Shown: in pieces, positions 61,898-64,000 of the stretch
Layout: each line of letters starts with the position of its first letter
Position numbering within the stretch: position 1 is the first letter of the stretch
NCBI GenBank assembly: GCA_001949185.1
Contig: BDGG01000001.1
Coordinates: 6,113,591 to 6,177,590, forward strand
Length of the DNA stretch: 64,000 nucleotides
Reading direction: 5' to 3'
DNA from: Ramazzottius varieornatus
Lineage: Eukaryota; Animalia; Tardigrada
Made by a program: the position numbers and the translations under genes
Notes under the pieces: model-generated
Seen by the model: only the letters and a program-made list of their open reading frames with translations
What the model was told of the DNA's origin: nothing
Database searches by the model: none

Positions 61898-63288
61898 ATG
61901 AGTGTCTTTCAGGTTTCTTATACTGCCACGGCCGATGACAAGGAAAGTATCTTTCGAACTTCTCTTCGATCTCGAAGTGGTTCTCGGCCACCCGTGTTGC
62001 ATAGGAAGAAGTCATCGGCCAGTGAGAGTGCCATTCTGACCACCCAGAGCGAAGGCACACCACCCAGAGAAGGCTCCGTCAATGGTGGACCTTCATCATC
62101 CGTGCAAGATGGCTTCCTGGATAACCGATCAACAATCAACCGCTCACATTCAGCCAGCTTCCGCGACTCCGCCTTCGAGTCGATGGAATCACCCAGCCGC
62201 GATCGAAGCACCTCCCGATTTAGTAATATCAGCACCAGAACCCCACTGAAGAAGTCGAGTGGACCAAGAAGACCGAGAAGTGCGGTACCGAGATCTGCCA
62301 GTCGGTTGAGCCAGAGGAAACACGACTACGATGCCACGATTCATAACGAGACTCCGATGGTTTCTCGCTTCAACCAACAAGGAGAAATGTATCAGCCTGT
62401 TTCCTACTCTTGGCAGGTTCGTGGGTTCACCTCTCACCGAACTAACTAGGCTTTCATTCTTCTTGCTTTTAGTCGTTCAAAGAGAGACTCTTCGACTCGG
62501 CTCTCAGTGAGAAGTACGAGAACCTCCAAGTGGACCTTCCTTCGAGAAACAGTCGTCGTTACCGCAGTGTTTCCCCTTCAAACTTCGATGACGACGACAG
62601 TGACGATGAAGATACCGAGAAGAAGAAGCTTCTGTTCTTGCAAGACCCGCTTTCGAGGTCAATGTACAAAAACCTAGAAGTCTTCTTCGACAGGAAGAAC
62701 ATCATTCGAGACTCGGTCGGTGATTTGGGTCTTCCAAACCATCCCCACTCTGTAAACCTGAACTCCACTGCCCCGATGACGTCCTCTGCCCGAGGTAACT
62801 TTAGCTTCAGCCGGTCAAACTCATCTCACAACGGCTTTTCTGCTCGGCCACAAAGTGCGTTAGGCGGAAGACCGGCGACCTCCCTAGACTTCCGGTCGGG
62901 TACTTCGCTGGGTTTCGGGCACTCAGCGAGAGTTCACGAACCTTCTCGACCACCCTCCTCACTCGATAACCATCAGTCCACAAGACCTAACGGAGTTTCC
63001 ACAAATTTCTTCTCGAGAAGGAAGAAGGAGCACACACCGGCTCCGAGAGCTCATTCGGAAGAACGAGCTGAAGATTTACGGAAGAAAATTCAGGATCGGT
63101 TTGCGCAAATTGATTTCAACGAAGGAACCACGGATTATGACGCGTTATTTACTGTGACAGAAGAAGGGAATGACTTTGCGACACAGCATGACGCGGAGAA
63201 CAAAGCTGGAAATGGCGAAGGGGGTGCGGTTAATCAGGCAGAAGACGATAAAACACCAAAATCTCGTCTGGATCATTTGCGCTACTAA
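61898..63288 (+). CDS. Ser/Arg-rich, probably intrinsically disordered protein (2 exons)
   Basis: ATG at 61898. Donor CAG|GTTCGT near 62417 and acceptor TTTTAG near 62472 join in frame to the 62530-63288 ORF. Low-complexity S/R/P/D composition; no family recognised. Confidence 0.7.
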
Positions 63289-63440
63289 TTTCGTCGTTAT
63301 TTCTCTGTGAAACAATATTAAATCAATAACGGTTTTCTTGCGCATTCGAAAACTATAATTACGCTAAAAGAGCGGGACTGTATTAAAAAAACTGATTGTT
63401 TCATTATAAAAACTGTTCCCACTTCCGGCCGGTATACTCC

Positions 63441-63918
63441 TTATGCGGGTTTTCGGAATTCCTCTCTTTCAACCTTAACTTCATCTCCCAGAAGCTGATA
63501 AATGTAGATGACGATGTTAGTGGACTGGATGTCTAGAAGTGCGAAGGATGGAGCAGGTTCCCTGCAATAGTAGTGGTCATTTGAGAAGTATTAAAGTGCA
63601 CTCAGATGGGAAACTATCGGACGAGGACGTAAACCGTCTGCTTATCCCATGGCTAAAATAGTTTTCCTCAAACCGGACTTACGTCTTCAAGCCTGTCCAA
63701 GAGCCGGTGGCACTGCCAGGGTTGAGGAACAATTTTCCATCGCGATTGAAGCTTTCAAACTGATGAGTATGGCCGGTGATCAGGACGTCCACGTCCAGCT
63801 GTCTCTGTAAACTTCCCAGACTTTCGCCGTCTCCCCAAGGAACTACCTGATGGCCATGACAAAGTCCAATTCGAAACTGTCCGACCGTCACCACCTTTTG
63901 CTCCGGAAATGTATAACC
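63441..63918 (-). CDS. VPS29: Retromer subunit VPS29, 3' exons (gene continues beyond the window)
   Basis: [50 protein letters not shown]|..[36 protein letters not shown]. Confidence 0.96.
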
Positions 63919-64000
63919 CTATAGAAAACAGGCGTCTCTGATTATTACGGGAGCCGAACACATAATTTCGAACCAACTCGCGCGGAAATATAACGGTGGA

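Overview
Compact, intron-rich animal genomic DNA (short GT-AG introns of roughly 50-150 nt, moderate GC, two 50-N gaps). Gene density and intron size suggest a small ecdysozoan genome such as a tardigrade; this is inference. Recognisable genes are a PEA3/ETV-type ETS factor, a secreted DNA/RNA non-specific endonuclease, a GT32-like glycosyltransferase, an LRR transmembrane protein, two tandem RYamide/luqin-type neuropeptide precursors, a plexin-like receptor with no cytoplasmic GAP domain, DBT, DCTN5, VWA5A, EIF2B1 and the 3' part of VPS29. There are also several orphan secreted or membrane proteins, a MROH1 pseudogene fragment and a histone-H3-derived ORF. Mobile DNA includes two pogo-like elements, hAT-type MITEs with perfect 8-bp TSDs, a decayed RLE-type non-LTR retrotransposon, and two TIR elements that appear to carry captured host promoter/exon DNA. 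The most unusual signal is a dispersed, apparently intronic palindrome family with inverted GGCGCAC half-sites: the spacer is exactly 25 bp in 6 of 7 units although its sequence varies, and most arms carry an outer TCGACMAGA motif. Other notable items are the H3-tail-only ORF, the Pack-like elements and a recurrent CGATCAGCTG promoter motif. Exon boundaries were read by eye and no database search was run.
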